64,000 bases of DNA, taken from the IMG/VR virus record IMGVR_UViG_3300046491_000313, positions 3,684 to 67,683 of that record; one strand, given 5' to 3'. A program made the translations under genes and the position numbers. The notes under the pieces were generated by a model, which searched no databases, was not told the DNA's origin, and saw nothing but the letters and a program-made list of their open reading frames with translations. The number at the start of each line of letters is the position of its first letter. Positions within the stretch are counted from its first letter, which is position 1. Of this stretch, positions 1 through 9,783 are shown piece by piece. Source of the stretch: a virus.

Positions 1-290
1 GCAGACTTTTCGTCCATATCGCCTGGAAGAAATCCTTGATCACGAATACTTACAGCATTACGGATATAAATGATTTTGTCATACGTTCCTTTTTCAACTT
101 CGTAAGCTCCGCACATAAGTGCAACACTGGTCTTGCCCGTACCCGCTGCCGCCTCACAGAAAACGGCTTGTACGATATCAGTCGGAGCAAATAACGATTG
201 AGTGTAAGCGTACTGGTGATTATCAGCTAATACATTAAACCCTTTTTCAGCTAACCATTTATATCTCATTTCTCCCATACCTTTTCCCAT
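1..290 (-). CDS. phoH: PhoH-like ATPase, N-terminal part (runs off window start)
   Basis: Hand translation from ATG 290: MGKGMGEMRY...VFCEAAAGTGKTSVA...IIYIRNAV...QGFLPGDMDEK. Has Walker A and the PhoH GFLPG motif. Confidence 0.85.
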   Translation of the reverse strand, partial: MGKGMGEMRYKWLAEKGFNVLADNHQYAYTQSLFAPTDIVQAVFCEAAAGTGKTSVALMCGAYEVEKGTYDKIIYIRNAVSIRDQGFLPGDMDEKS

Positions 291-320
291 TTCAATCTCT
301 CCTTAAAGTTAGTAAACTAC

Positions 321-491
321 TTAAATTTGACCTTTTTCAATTAATTTACGAATAGACTTACGAATAACTTTACGAGCGAATTTCCCTTTGTACTTGCTTT
401 TCGCCATCATTTGCTTTGTGTAATATTGATATTTTGCGTGTTTCTCCTGTGCTTTCGTTGGACCTACGTAGAATTTTTCTTCTGGAATCAT
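321..491 (-). CDS. small basic hypothetical protein (56 aa)
   Basis: Hand-found ORF MIPEEKFYVGP...KGQI* with GGAGG RBS; below the ORF track cutoff. Confidence 0.6.
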   Translation of the reverse strand: MIPEEKFYVGPTKAQEKHAKYQYYTKQMMAKSKYKGKFARKVIRKSIRKLIEKGQI

Positions 492-504
492 GTTAATTTC
501 CTCC

Positions 505-1122
505 TCAAATAAATTCGAATCTAATTTTTTTAGTGGAGAAGCCTGCGTTATTAGCTAAATAAGAAACGTTTCTTCTTTCGATTCCGTAATGCCTCGCCGC
601 TTCCGCTACACTTTCAAAAAACAATTCGCTACCATCTTCAGAAATTGATTTTACTTTCTTTTTTCTTTTTTTGTTGTTTTCGATAGCGCTTATCCTTGTG
701 TTTTCTTCTCTTTCGATAATACGTAAATTCCCTTCTTCATAATGCTTCTTAACGTCAATGCGATCAACAGAAGGGGTAAGACCTTTTTTGATAAATTCAG
801 CAATTTCTTCATAAAAGTTTGTTTCTAAAAATTCTTTAACTTCTTTTCGATTAGTCCCAATTAAACATTTTATACCTTTCTCAAAATAAGCAGGATAAGA
901 CTTTTCAGCTACTTTAGGGTTTGTTCTACCTAAAATGTTATTTGCCATTCTATCAATACAGTGATTAATAGGGTCATTTTCTTTACTTTTTCTATAACGC
1001 TGTCTCTCTGACTCGTTATAACAATCGATACATCTAGCTCTCCTACCATCTACTTTATTTTGAGTGTTTTTATGGAAATCTGTAAGGGGTTTTTCAACCC
1101 CGCATTTACTACAAGTTTTCAT
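505..1122 (-). CDS. free-standing HNH-type homing endonuclease (Zn ribbon, HNH-like core, NUMOD1-like C-terminus)
   Basis: CxxC...CxxC; SVDRID..KHY..GNLR.I...EN; C-terminal F.SV.EAARHYGI. Confidence 0.75.
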   Translation of the reverse strand: MKTCSKCGVEKPLTDFHKNTQNKVDGRRARCIDCYNESERQRYRKSKENDPINHCIDRMANNILGRTNPKVAEKSYPAYFEKGIKCLIGTNRKEVKEFLETNFYEEIAEFIKKGLTPSVDRIDVKKHYEEGNLRIIEREENTRISAIENNKKRKKKVKSISEDGSELFFESVAEAARHYGIERRNVSYLANNAGFSTKKIRFEFI

Positions 1123-1141
1123 TTAACATCACCTCTTCTAA

Positions 1142-1169
1142 ATGATAAAAGGTAATACACTTTTGTCAA
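1142..1169 (-). promoter_or_regulatory. sigma-A-like promoter for the HNH gene
   Basis: TTGACA-N16-TATCAT on the minus strand, followed by AGAGGTGA RBS. Confidence 0.5.
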
Positions 1170-1176
1170 CAATTTA

Positions 1177-2214
1177 TTACAAGTCATCAAAACCATTGTC
1201 GTCTGAAATTTTCGCATAAGAGCGAGGTTTTGTTTCGAAGAAGTCAGCTTTACTTTCGTTAACATCTTCGTAATACTTAATCCAAGGAATCGGATTTTTT
1301 TCGATACGATCAAACGGCTTTTCGACACCTAATTGGCTAGCTCGTTGATTTGCACGGAACTTTACGTATTCTGAAACGTCATTGATGTTTATACCATCGA
1401 ATTTATTTCCGATAATATGTTCGCTCCACTTAATCTCAAGTTCAGCACCTCGTTTAATCGTTTCTGTTACCCATTTCATATTTTCAGGCGTGTTAAGTTC
1501 AGGGTAATCTTCGAGTAATGCTTGAAACGTTTGAACGAATAAGTTAACGTGAATTAACTCATCTTTATTAATGTAATTAATCATCTGGCTTGTTCCAGAC
1601 ATTTTTCCATTTCGAGCAAGGTTGTAGAAAAATGCGAATCCTGCGTAAAAAAAGAGCCCTTCGAGAAGTACGTCATATACGATTGCTTTCATGAACGTTT
1701 CAGGCGTCTTATTATTCGTGAACTCTTCGTATCCTTCAGCGATGAAATCGTTTCGCTCTCGGATAACAGGATCATGCTTCCAAAATTCGAACACTTGTTC
1801 TTGTTTGTGTTTCGGTACAAGCGATGATAATACGTAAGAATAACTTTGATTGTGAACGACTTCTTGGAATGCAAGAATCGCCATTAATGCATTAAGCGAA
1901 CTATCTGTTAAAAACTCGCTTACTTGCGTAGAGAAATCGGTTTGGATACTGTCAAGGAACGCTAGTAATCCGATTATCTTTAAAAACGTGTCTTGCTCGT
2001 CTTCGGATAATTCGTTCCATTGCTTGATGTCATTCGACATGTTGATCTCACTCGGAATCCAAAAATTCGCTAACATCGATTTATACATCGGATAACTCCA
2101 TTGAAATCGAACATCGTCCCAGTTAAGAACGTTCGAGCTTTCTCCGTTTACAATTTTCGTAGATTTATTAGGCGCTGTGACATCATACAGTTTACGCTTG
2201 TTTAATTCAGTCAT
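1177..2214 (-). CDS. nrdB: ribonucleotide reductase class I beta subunit
   Basis: FWIPSEI, QEVVHNQSY, EGLFFYAGF, DELIH, DFFE motifs. Confidence 0.95.
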   Translation of the reverse strand: MTELNKRKLYDVTAPNKSTKIVNGESSNVLNWDDVRFQWSYPMYKSMLANFWIPSEINMSNDIKQWNELSEDEQDTFLKIIGLLAFLDSIQTDFSTQVSEFLTDSSLNALMAILAFQEVVHNQSYSYVLSSLVPKHKQEQVFEFWKHDPVIRERNDFIAEGYEEFTNNKTPETFMKAIVYDVLLEGLFFYAGFAFFYNLARNGKMSGTSQMINYINKDELIHVNLFVQTFQALLEDYPELNTPENMKWVTETIKRGAELEIKWSEHIIGNKFDGININDVSEYVKFRANQRASQLGVEKPFDRIEKNPIPWIKYYEDVNESKADFFETKPRSYAKISDDNGFDDL

Positions 2215-2579
2215 TATTCGTTTCCTCCGTTTTCATCTGTTCCCCAAATATAAAAGTCTCCGTCTTCTTTAAAAATGACGTCTCCTTTTTTCGGTGGATC
2301 CATCAACATTCTTATACGATCTTTCTTTTCGTGAAGCCAGCGTTGGTTTGTTTGTACGAGCCACATTCCGTTTGGTGTTTCTAGCGTAACGAAAGGACTT
2401 GTATCGTGGACGGAAAGTTCAACGCCATCTACAACGTATTTAAACGGATACTTTTTTATAAAGGTTTCTTCTTCTATTTCGTTTGTATATTCTATTTCCG
2501 CTTCAATCGATGAAACATTCGCTAATAACTTACCATTAGCGTAAACGTGCATTTTTGTTCCGTTTACTTCCATAACCAT
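2214..2579 (-). CDS. hypothetical protein
   Basis: ORF track; start moved to ATG 2579 after AAGGAGTGG RBS. Confidence 0.6.
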   Translation of the reverse strand: MVMEVNGTKMHVYANGKLLANVSSIEAEIEYTNEIEEETFIKKYPFKYVVDGVELSVHDTSPFVTLETPNGMWLVQTNQRWLHEKKDRIRMLMDPPKKGDVIFKEDGDFYIWGTDENGGNE

Positions 2580-2629
2580 ATTCGACCACTCCTTATTTAG
2601 TATGTAGAGGAGCCGAAGCCCCTCGTTTA

Positions 2630-3544
2630 TTAACTTGCACAACTCTCACATTCATCGATGACTACCGCAGTAGAACGAACATAATAGGTCGTTTTCAGGC
2701 GGTTTTTCCACGCTGCAAGGTGTAAGTCGAGTAAATCTTTCGCTTTAATATCGTTTTTCACGTAAATATTAAATGATTGCGATTGATCGACATGTCGTTG
2801 TCTTGCTGCGTTTTGCTTAATCGACCAGTGTTGATCGACTTCATACGCATTTTTGTAAAACCAAAATGTTTTCGCTGAAAGATGAGGTGCAGTGACTGGG
2901 ATCTTAAAATCTTTCTTTTCTTCCGTGTACTGACGCTTGAATACAGGATCGATTGAAGCAGAACCGCCCGTCAGAATACTCGTACTTGCATTTGGCGCCA
3001 CGGCAATTAAATAGCCATTACGAATACCGTTTTCTGCAATTTCTTTCGAAAGGTTAGCCCATTTTTCGTCAGCATATCCTCTTCGTTCGAAATACTTGCC
3101 TGTTTGCCATTCAGAACCTTCAAACATCGGGAACGATCCTTTTTCTTTCGCTAGATTCATTGAAGCTTGAATCGTTAAGAATGCGATACGTTCGTATAGT
3201 TTGTCAGCATATTCGACAGCTTCTTCGCTTTCCCATTTAATACCTTTAACTGCAAGAAGTTCATGCCAACTAAACGTACCTAAACCAACAGCGCGGTATT
3301 TCTGATTCGTTAATTGCGCTTGTAATACTTCAATCGTATTTAGTCCGATTACATTGTCGAGCATTCTCACTTGAATCGGAATTAAACGATCTAACACATC
3401 TTCCTGACCTACTGCTCGTCCTAGGTGAACCGAAGATAGATTACATACGACGAAATCTCCTGGGTTTTTCGTGATAACGATTTTACCATCTTCCGTCTTC
3501 TCTTCGATAACCGTTGTAGCGGACATATTTTGTAAAATTTCGCT
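2630..3544 (-). CDS. nrdA: ribonucleotide reductase alpha subunit, exon 4
   Basis: SEILQ...VCNLSS...AVAPNASTS...KTTYYVR...ECESCAS. Joins in frame to SNLC of exon 3. Confidence 0.95.
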   Translation of the reverse strand, partial: SEILQNMSATTVIEEKTEDGKIVITKNPGDFVVCNLSSVHLGRAVGQEDVLDRLIPIQVRMLDNVIGLNTIEVLQAQLTNQKYRAVGLGTFSWHELLAVKGIKWESEEAVEYADKLYERIAFLTIQASMNLAKEKGSFPMFEGSEWQTGKYFERRGYADEKWANLSKEIAENGIRNGYLIAVAPNASTSILTGGSASIDPVFKRQYTEEKKDFKIPVTAPHLSAKTFWFYKNAYEVDQHWSIKQNAARQRHVDQSQSFNIYVKNDIKAKDLLDLHLAAWKNRLKTTYYVRSTAVVIDECESCAS

Positions 3545-4557
3545 CATTTGTGTTCAACGAGATTCGCTACTTCTCGCCCGACTGCTATTAGCAATCCGCT
3601 GTATATCACTATACAGATCAGACTATATCACGTTCTCATTGAGAACCCTACCGTTTCGGAACGCTTGTCCCTACTCTCTTTCGAGATAGTCGTTGCACGT
3701 TTTTCTTTGCTAGAAATCGTAATTTTTCGATACATGTAACCATGTATTTTTATATTTTATACTCTCTACTAAACCCGTGTCCTTTAGATTTAGCAAGCGT
3801 GTTATCTCGATATTAGATTTTCTTTTCTCTAACAACCTACATACACTTTCCACTAACTCTACTGAGTAAATGGAATTAGGGTGTTCTTCTCCAATTTTAA
3901 ATAGGTTGTTCTTAATAGCGTGATCAATATTTTCTTGATGACTGACCCACTCTAAGTTAAGAAAACTATTGTCTTTTTTGTTGCCGTTTAAGTGATTTAC
4001 CTGTAACTTTTCAGAATCCGCTATAGGATCGAAAGCCAGTAATACAAGGCGATGTACCAGATATTTTTTCTCTGTTTCACCGTAAAGAGTTACAGTACTG
4101 TATCCGTGATTATTAACATAAGGCTTTAATAGCGTATTCGTTTTCGTATTAATTACTCTTCCTTTGTTACTCACTGAGTAGTCACCGTAAGATAAAGGTA
4201 AACTTACCAACTGTTCATCTTCCATAGGTTCAAAGTTCAATTTCTTGCGTTTTAAACCGAGTTTTTTAAGCTCAGTTGCTACTTTCGCGGATCCAACACC
4301 GAATTTTTCTGCTAATTCTTTATTAGTCATGGTTTGAAAATTATCTTTAAGAAAAACTAAGTCAATAGGTTTTCTTTCCTTCCTTTTGTGCATTTTATCA
4401 CCTCCTTATTTTAGTAGGACACTAGCAAAGAAACTTCGCTCAAGATTGTCTTTTTCATTATAATGTATTTTAGATACTTTATTAAAAATAAAAAAGATTT
4501 TCCTTGAATTAGATAGGTTATTCGATACGGATCGCTCCGTAAAGGTGCTAGCATTTA
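3545..4557 (-). ncRNA. group I intron 3 of nrdA (1013 nt) carrying an HNH homing endonuclease
   Basis: Exon ends ...UGU, P1 GUGU/GCAC with U.G pair; core CAACGACUA and GAUAUAGUC (P7); terminal G at 3545; splicing restores SNLC|SEI. Confidence 0.93.
3710..4393 (-). CDS. intron-encoded NUMOD4/HNH homing endonuclease
   Basis: YSVSNKGRV, LVHRLV, VNHLNGNKKDN..NLEWVS..EN; own AAGGAGGTGA RBS; looped out by 12-bp stem 4422-4433/3702-3713. Confidence 0.9.
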   Translation of the reverse strand: MHKRKERKPIDLVFLKDNFQTMTNKELAEKFGVGSAKVATELKKLGLKRKKLNFEPMEDEQLVSLPLSYGDYSVSNKGRVINTKTNTLLKPYVNNHGYSTVTLYGETEKKYLVHRLVLLAFDPIADSEKLQVNHLNGNKKDNSFLNLEWVSHQENIDHAIKNNLFKIGEEHPNSIYSVELVESVCRLLEKRKSNIEITRLLNLKDTGLVESIKYKNTWLHVSKNYDF

Positions 4558-5004
4558 ACACAAGTTACTAGAATAAATCATTCCTGCGTGTTTTAAAGGA
4601 TTCATTCGATTAACTTCGTCCCTGTATAGCATGTACGGAGTTCCAGTTTCAAGCTGTGAACGCATAATACGTTTCATGATCTCAATCGCTGGAACACGTT
4701 CCTTTGATAAGTCGTTGTTGTTTACGCATTCTTCATACTTTTCTCGGAAACTACCTTTACCGCGTTCTTCATCGTAGAAGTCTTGTAAGTAGTAACCCAT
4801 TTTCGTTTTTACTTCGTGAGGATCGAATAAATAGAAATCTTCACGTTTTTCGACTTTTTCCATGAAAATATCAGGAAGGCAAACGCCTGTGAAGATATCG
4901 TGGAATCGTTGTCTTTCGTCACCGTTGTTTAATCGACCATCTAAGAAAGAAAAGATATCTTTGTGCCAGATGTCGAGGTAAACAGCGATACTACCTTGTC
5001 GTGA
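4558..5004 (-). CDS. nrdA: ribonucleotide reductase alpha subunit, exon 3 (149 codons)
   Basis: SRQGSIAVYLDIWHKDI...ETGTPY...IYSSNLC. Confidence 0.93.
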
Positions 5005-5254
5005 CCTTGTGTTCGATTAAGTTCGCTACGCTTAACCCGTTCATTTAAGAACCGCTGTATATCGCTATACAGAGCAGACTATCTCTTTACCTTTTCAGGT
5101 ATCCCCCGTTTCGTGCTGCTTAGCACTACGTCTTTCGACTAGTCGTTACACTTTTTCTAGCTAACTAGAACTTAGCTCGGTATTGTCTTAAAAAGATTTT
5201 CACCGAATTAGAGGGATTTTCGATACGAGTTTCTTCGTAAAGGGGCTACGTTTA
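5005..5254 (-). ncRNA. group I intron 2 of nrdA (250 nt, ORF-less)
   Basis: P1 GGGU/GCCC; UAACGACUA and GAGAUAGUC core; terminal G; splicing restores DQLG|SRQG. Confidence 0.92.
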
Positions 5255-5381
5255 ACCCAACTGGTCCACGCTAACAGCTGTATTGTTGAGCTGCTTTATC
5301 CACGGCGTTGTTCCTGAAGATACGCCTTTAAATCCTTTAATATCGCTTCCTCGTGACCTTACAAAACCGAGGTACATACCA
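5255..5381 (-). CDS. nrdA: ribonucleotide reductase alpha subunit, exon 2 (127 nt, missed by ORF track)
   Basis: (I)GMYLGFVRSRGSDIKGFKGVSSGTTPWIKQLNNTAVSVDQLG, the specificity-site region. Confidence 0.92.
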
Positions 5382-5642
5382 CATTACCTTCGCATAAGTT
5401 CGCTACACTTACACCGCTTTCGCTGCTACGTGTCACCACGCAGATGAGACTATATCACGATCTCTTATGAGACCCCCTGCTTTTCGAATACCAATCGCTT
5501 GTATTCTACTCTCTTTCGAGATAGTCGTTAGACATTTATGTTTTTCAACAATTTAGTACGGGATTGTCTTAAAATTTTAAGAGTTTCCCCGTTTAACAGG
5601 GTTATTCGATACGGATCACTCCGTAAAGGCACAGGTTAATTT
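5382..5642 (-). ncRNA. group I intron 1 of nrdA (261 nt, ORF-less)
   Basis: P1 GGCAU/GUGCC; UAACGACUA and GAUAUAGUC core; terminal G; splicing restores GGG-I(AT|T)-GMY. Confidence 0.92.
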
Positions 5643-6424
5643 ATGCCGCCACCGTTTTTACTAAGGTTCGCTACATCTGTATTGCTGTCGTAAATGCCTC
5701 GTAAACTATCGTCAACTGTATCGATAAAACAACTCGATAGCTGTCCGTATGATAAACCTGCTGATTTAAGCGTTGGAGTAGCGACTGTCATATACATATT
5801 CGATAACGCCCAGTACGCTTCTTTTACGAGATTTAAACGATCATTCTTTTCTTCTCGCATAAGTGCCATTGCGATAACCAACCAACGTTCTTGAGGTAAC
5901 TCATATACGTTTTTATCGTGGTCTGTTGCAAGATAACGATCAGCTAACGTTCGCAGTCCGATATAGTTGAAAAGAAGATCACGTTCAGGTTCGATAATCT
6001 TACCGATTTCCTTAATCTCTTCTTTATTATAATCGCGAAGAAGTTTTCCATCGTAGATTCCTTTTGTTGCGAGTGTTTTAATTAACCCGTAGAAATCTCC
6101 GTACTTTTCAGAAGAATCGTAGCTTCGATTTTTACTCGCTTTTTTGTAAAGAGAACGAAGGAACACTTGTTCTGCTACGTACGTCCAATCGGGGTGTTGT
6201 TCGGTGTCTGTTCCGATGTAATCAAGCGCGTTTAAGATCAAGTTGTTCGTGATTACACTTGCCTTTACTTCGCTTTTACCTCGAATGGCGTTTAAGTTCT
6301 TTTCGATATACTCATCTTTATTTAAATGAGGGAAACGTCCTGTAATCTCTTCGATAAAACTAATTAATCTCAGTTCATCGAAAGGGAGTTGACGTGTTCC
6401 GTTGTTTTTAGTAATAACGGTCAT
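5643..6424 (-). CDS. nrdA: ribonucleotide reductase alpha subunit, exon 1 (spliced protein 756 aa)
   Basis: ATP-cone-like N-terminus, ELPQER, ATPTL, QLSSCF, SKNGGG. Confidence 0.95.
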
Positions 6425-6460
6425 TTTCGTATCTCCTTCTCTCTTTAAAATAAATAAAGT

Positions 6461-6478
6461 AAGGAGCCGAAGCCCCTT
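6461..6478 (-). terminator. GC hairpin with UUCG loop; near-identical copy at ~2607-2624 after nrdA
   Basis: AAGGGGC-TTCG-GCTCCTT followed by U-rich sequence on minus. Confidence 0.5.
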
Positions 6479-6494
6479 AACTGCCTTTCTATAA

Positions 6495-6525
6495 TACTAA
6501 ACACCGAGGTGATCAATATTATTCA
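6495..6525 (-). promoter_or_regulatory. putative phage-sigma promoter, copy 1 (upstream of nrdA)
   Basis: TGAATAA-N13-GGTGTTTAGTA, exact in four places. Confidence 0.75.
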
Positions 6526-6529
6526 GTTT

Positions 6530-6685
6530 TTAAGAAAATAATTTAGATAAAATTTCTTGAAATAAAAACGCCCAAGGAATCGCTACTAAAATGAAACCAA
6601 GTGTTGCTCCTTGATTACCTAAAAAAGCGTTTAAAACAACGGAAATTAACATAACGGATAAACAGATAAAGGATAGTGTCAACAT
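6530..6685 (-). CDS. small membrane protein (51 aa)
   Basis: Hand-found hydrophobic ORF MLTLSFICLSVMLISVV... with GGAGG RBS. Confidence 0.55.
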   Translation of the reverse strand: MLTLSFICLSVMLISVVLNAFLGNQGATLGFILVAIPWAFLFQEILSKLFS

Positions 6686-6696
6686 CGTTTTTCCTC

Positions 6697-7191
6697 CTAG
6701 ATATCAATTAAGTTTTCTTTAATTAACATGGCGATCACAACGCCTACCGCATCGGACTCATCATCGTTAGCGAATACTTTTTGTTTAATATTGAGTATTT
6801 CGCATACTTTCTTTTGAACGTCTTGTTTACTTGCGCGTCCGTTTCCAGTTACGAGTTTCTTTAAGCTGCTCGGTGCTAATTCTTTTATTTCGTGATCATG
6901 AAGCGCCATTTCAACGGCACCATGCGTTTTATATAATTTTTGTGTTTCTGTCGGAAAACGTGAAAAACCTTTTTCTTTATAGATTTCTTTAATTTCTCCG
7001 AATCTGTCGATATTTCCAATCATGAAGCTTTTTAATTCTTCGCAGATGTGCATTAAACGTTCGCCGTCTCGTTTTTTTGGCGTTGTTTTTGTGTGGGATA
7101 CGTCAAGAAGGTAAGGCTTGCGTTTATCCACTCCGATAAACGCGAACCCAGGTGAAGTTAATGAGAGGTCAATTCCAAGATAGTATTCCAT
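6697..7191 (-). CDS. ruvC: RuvC-like Holliday junction resolvase
   Basis: YLGIDLSLTSPG, KKLVTGNGRASK.DV, DDESDA. Confidence 0.85.
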   Translation of the reverse strand: MEYYLGIDLSLTSPGFAFIGVDKRKPYLLDVSHTKTTPKKRDGERLMHICEELKSFMIGNIDRFGEIKEIYKEKGFSRFPTETQKLYKTHGAVEMALHDHEIKELAPSSLKKLVTGNGRASKQDVQKKVCEILNIKQKVFANDDESDAVGVVIAMLIKENLIDI

Positions 7192-7192
7192 G

Positions 7193-7507
7193 TTATTCCC
7201 CTTTTTCATCTTTTTCTGTAAATATTTTAACCGCTTCTTTTAATTTTTCCGTGAACATTTTCCATTCTTCTTCTGATTCAACGCTGAATTTCTTTTCTTC
7301 TTCTTTACGTTTTTTCGCTTTACGAAAATCTAAAATTGTATCAATTGCAATCCAACCTGCTAACACTTTCCAAAAAGCGATTGAAACGCCTCCTAACGAA
7401 AGTAAATACCAAACAACTGCAGGAATTGCCATAATATAAGCAGCGAAAATTCCAATAATAAGCGTAGCGATAAGTGTACCTGAAACGAGTAATAATGATT
7501 TTTTCAT
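7193..7507 (-). CDS. membrane protein
   Basis: ORF track; hydrophobic N-terminal half. Confidence 0.65.
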   Translation of the reverse strand: MKKSLLLVSGTLIATLIIGIFAAYIMAIPAVVWYLLSLGGVSIAFWKVLAGWIAIDTILDFRKAKKRKEEEKKFSVESEEEWKMFTEKLKEAVKIFTEKDEKGE

Positions 7508-7809
7508 TATTTATTCTCCTTTAAAAATGATAAGTCGTTATCTTTTAAAAATTGATGAAGAATAAGTCCTACACGACGGATCTCTTCTTCCTCTTGTTCT
7601 TCGTAACCTGCTTCGAAAAAGATGGCGTGTAATACTTCGTGAACGAACACTTGTTCTTTTCTTTCTCGAGGTAAGTTCGCTTCTAGTTCGATTTCACAAT
7701 CAACATACGTGACTTGTCCGAAAAGGTTATGATGATCCGTTAACTTTTCCGTTTCTTTAATCGTGTAAACTGCTCCGCCGACTTTAACATCTTTCGGTAA
7801 TTTCAGCAT
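7507..7809 (-). CDS. small HExxH metallopeptidase-like protein
   Basis: VFVHEVLHAIF motif. Confidence 0.65.
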   Translation of the reverse strand: MLKLPKDVKVGGAVYTIKETEKLTDHHNLFGQVTYVDCEIELEANLPRERKEQVFVHEVLHAIFFEAGYEEQEEEEIRRVGLILHQFLKDNDLSFLKENK

Positions 7810-7810
7810 A

Positions 7811-8788
7811 TTAGTTACCTCGCAATTCTTTTAATATTTGGAAGTTTTCGAATGCTTGGTCTTTTTTGTATTGAGGAATGTTCGATTTGATAACGGCTTT
7901 TACGTACTCTTTTACTTCGTTAAATTCGTTATCTGTGAGTGATTTAGCGGTTGCTTCTTTGAAGTTATTAAACGTAAACTTGTCGATGTTCATCTTAGGA
8001 GGCGTTTTCTTGTTTGCTGCGTCTAGTACTTCGACTAAACGGTCTAGCAAATTTTGGCGGTCTGAATCGGTAATATGACGATGGAATACACGAAGATCAG
8101 GATATTTCTTGTATTCTTCTTCCGACATAATCCAATTCTTTTTCGACAAGTTTCCGTACACGATTAAATAATCGTCAATACCGAACATAATCGAATAGGC
8201 AACGCACTGTAGGAAATGTTCTTCCGTTGGTTCTTTCATGGAGTATTCTGAAGTTTTACTGTGTGAAGTTTGTTTACTTTTGATTTCGATTCCAATCGGT
8301 GTACCAGAGGAATGCGTAAGAAGTCCGTCAGGGGTACCGAATAAGTTAACGGTATGACCTTTATGCGTAACCGTTTTTAACGTTTTAGCAAAGTCTTCCC
8401 ACATTGGATAACCTTCAGGTGTTCGTTGAGGTGTAAAGGCGGGCTTTTCTCCCGTTACCTTTTCGTAGTGTTTTTCGATAAAAAGAAGTTGTCGTTGAAG
8501 CATATCACCATAAGCTGTTCCCATAAGCGTCCATCGTCTTTGGTATGAAAGGTGCGTTTGTTCGTCTTTTTTCGCTCCTGTTAATTTAAGATACAATTCA
8601 CGCTGACAGCTCGATACTGACGAAGGAGAAAAGTATTTCGTACCATACGGCGGAAACTTTAACTTAGGATTGCGTTTAATAGCGGCTTGTTGTTCGAGGA
8701 TCTCGATATCTAAATCGTCGTCCCATACTTCTTTATACGATTGATACGTTTCAATCATGTCGAAAAATTCTTGTGCGAAATTCGTCAT
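7811..8788 (-). CDS. PD-(D/E)xK (Cas4/RecB-like) exonuclease
   Basis: FSPSS, GTPDGLL, IEIKSK, QCVAYS motifs. Confidence 0.75.
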   Translation of the reverse strand: MTNFAQEFFDMIETYQSYKEVWDDDLDIEILEQQAAIKRNPKLKFPPYGTKYFSPSSVSSCQRELYLKLTGAKKDEQTHLSYQRRWTLMGTAYGDMLQRQLLFIEKHYEKVTGEKPAFTPQRTPEGYPMWEDFAKTLKTVTHKGHTVNLFGTPDGLLTHSSGTPIGIEIKSKQTSHSKTSEYSMKEPTEEHFLQCVAYSIMFGIDDYLIVYGNLSKKNWIMSEEEYKKYPDLRVFHRHITDSDRQNLLDRLVEVLDAANKKTPPKMNIDKFTFNNFKEATAKSLTDNEFNEVKEYVKAVIKSNIPQYKKDQAFENFQILKELRGN

Positions 8789-9093
8789 TATCGTTTTCCC
8801 CCTAATAAATGAATAAAGTTTGTGTTCGTTTTAACGCCTTCTGTTAGGAAAACGGTATTAGGTCCCCCTACACGTAAAACGCATTCGTTATGCCACGCTA
8901 AATCTCTTGCATTTTTTATTTCGTATTGGCATATAATAAGGTGCGGACGTTCAGAGCCCTTACGATATCCTCTGATCTGCCGCCCTTTTATGATAACCTC
9001 CACAAAGGTATCATCATGTCGAGAAGTTCGAGGAAGAGACGATCCAATAATTTTCTGTTCTTTCGAACTCTCGACTAACACTAAAATGTACAT
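8788..9093 (-). CDS. hypothetical protein
   Basis: ORF track, GGAGGAG RBS. Confidence 0.6.
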   Translation of the reverse strand: MYILVLVESSKEQKIIGSSLPRTSRHDDTFVEVIIKGRQIRGYRKGSERPHLIICQYEIKNARDLAWHNECVLRVGGPNTVFLTEGVKTNTNFIHLLGGKR

Positions 9094-9135
9094 AACGATC
9101 TCCTCCTCGGAAAGGGTGATAAGATGATTTTTGTT

Positions 9136-9516
9136 TTAGGCTTGATCGTGTTTCTCATCGCTAGCTTCTATCACGAGCATACCTGACTTTTTCATTTGCT
9201 CCATTTCAGTAAGCGAAAATAATGTACCGACAAAAGGAATTTTTTTAGGGGTTTCTTCGTATAATTTTTGTTGAAGATTGAATCCGCATAATTCCCATAA
9301 TTTATTTTTAATTCGATTTAAACAAATTTCTTCGCCAATTTCCTTAACGAAGTTTTCAGGATCTACTGCGCAGCTTTGTTCAGTTACAACGAATCCATTC
9401 GGTAGTTGAACGGAAACAATCGTACATTTACCAAACTTTTCTTCGACTTCAATCGTGGAACTACTTAATAATGCGTCAATTTCTTCTTGGGTTACGGTTG
9501 TTTTTCTCTCTTCCAT
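9136..9516 (-). CDS. Gp49/66-family protein, Tad1-like signal sponge candidate
   Basis: LPNGFVV..S..VDPENF..EIGEEIC...I.NKLWEL.GF.L pattern. Confidence 0.7.
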   Translation of the reverse strand: MEERKTTVTQEEIDALLSSSTIEVEEKFGKCTIVSVQLPNGFVVTEQSCAVDPENFVKEIGEEICLNRIKNKLWELCGFNLQQKLYEETPKKIPFVGTLFSLTEMEQMKKSGMLVIEASDEKHDQA

Positions 9517-9528
9517 GAGGTGACCTCC

Positions 9529-9783
9529 TTATAACTTATATTTAATAAGTTCGATTAAATTTTTCTCAATACTGTCGTATAAGTCGATTGTATGTTCAGC
9601 TTCGTTTAATTCCTTTTCGTAACCTGGTATTTTATGAGCAAAACCTCCACCATTCGCTTCACTTACCGAACGCTCACGAGAAAGTCTTTCATAACTTCTT
9701 CTACGTTTATCACTTCGTTCTTCTTTTTCTAATCGTACTTCTTCCAAGAATTTCGCTAATGCATTTAATTCCAACACGATCAC
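9529..9783 (-). CDS. hypothetical protein
   Basis: ORF track, coupled to upstream gene. Confidence 0.55.
   Translation of the reverse strand: MIVLELNALAKFLEEVRLEKEERSDKRRRSYERLSRERSVSEANGGGFAHKIPGYEKELNEAEHTIDLYDSIEKNLIELIKYKL

Noticed and set aside
4411-4443. Phage-sigma promoter variant upstream of the intron HNH gene
   Set aside because: Weak match with different spacing; the sequence is explained by the intron stem
2630-6424. nrdA, portal and tube fragments as pseudogenes or sequencing errors
   Set aside because: The gaps have group I hallmarks and their precise removal restores conserved frames
7811-8788. Cas4 as evidence of a CRISPR system
   Set aside because: Stand-alone phage recombination exonuclease context; no array
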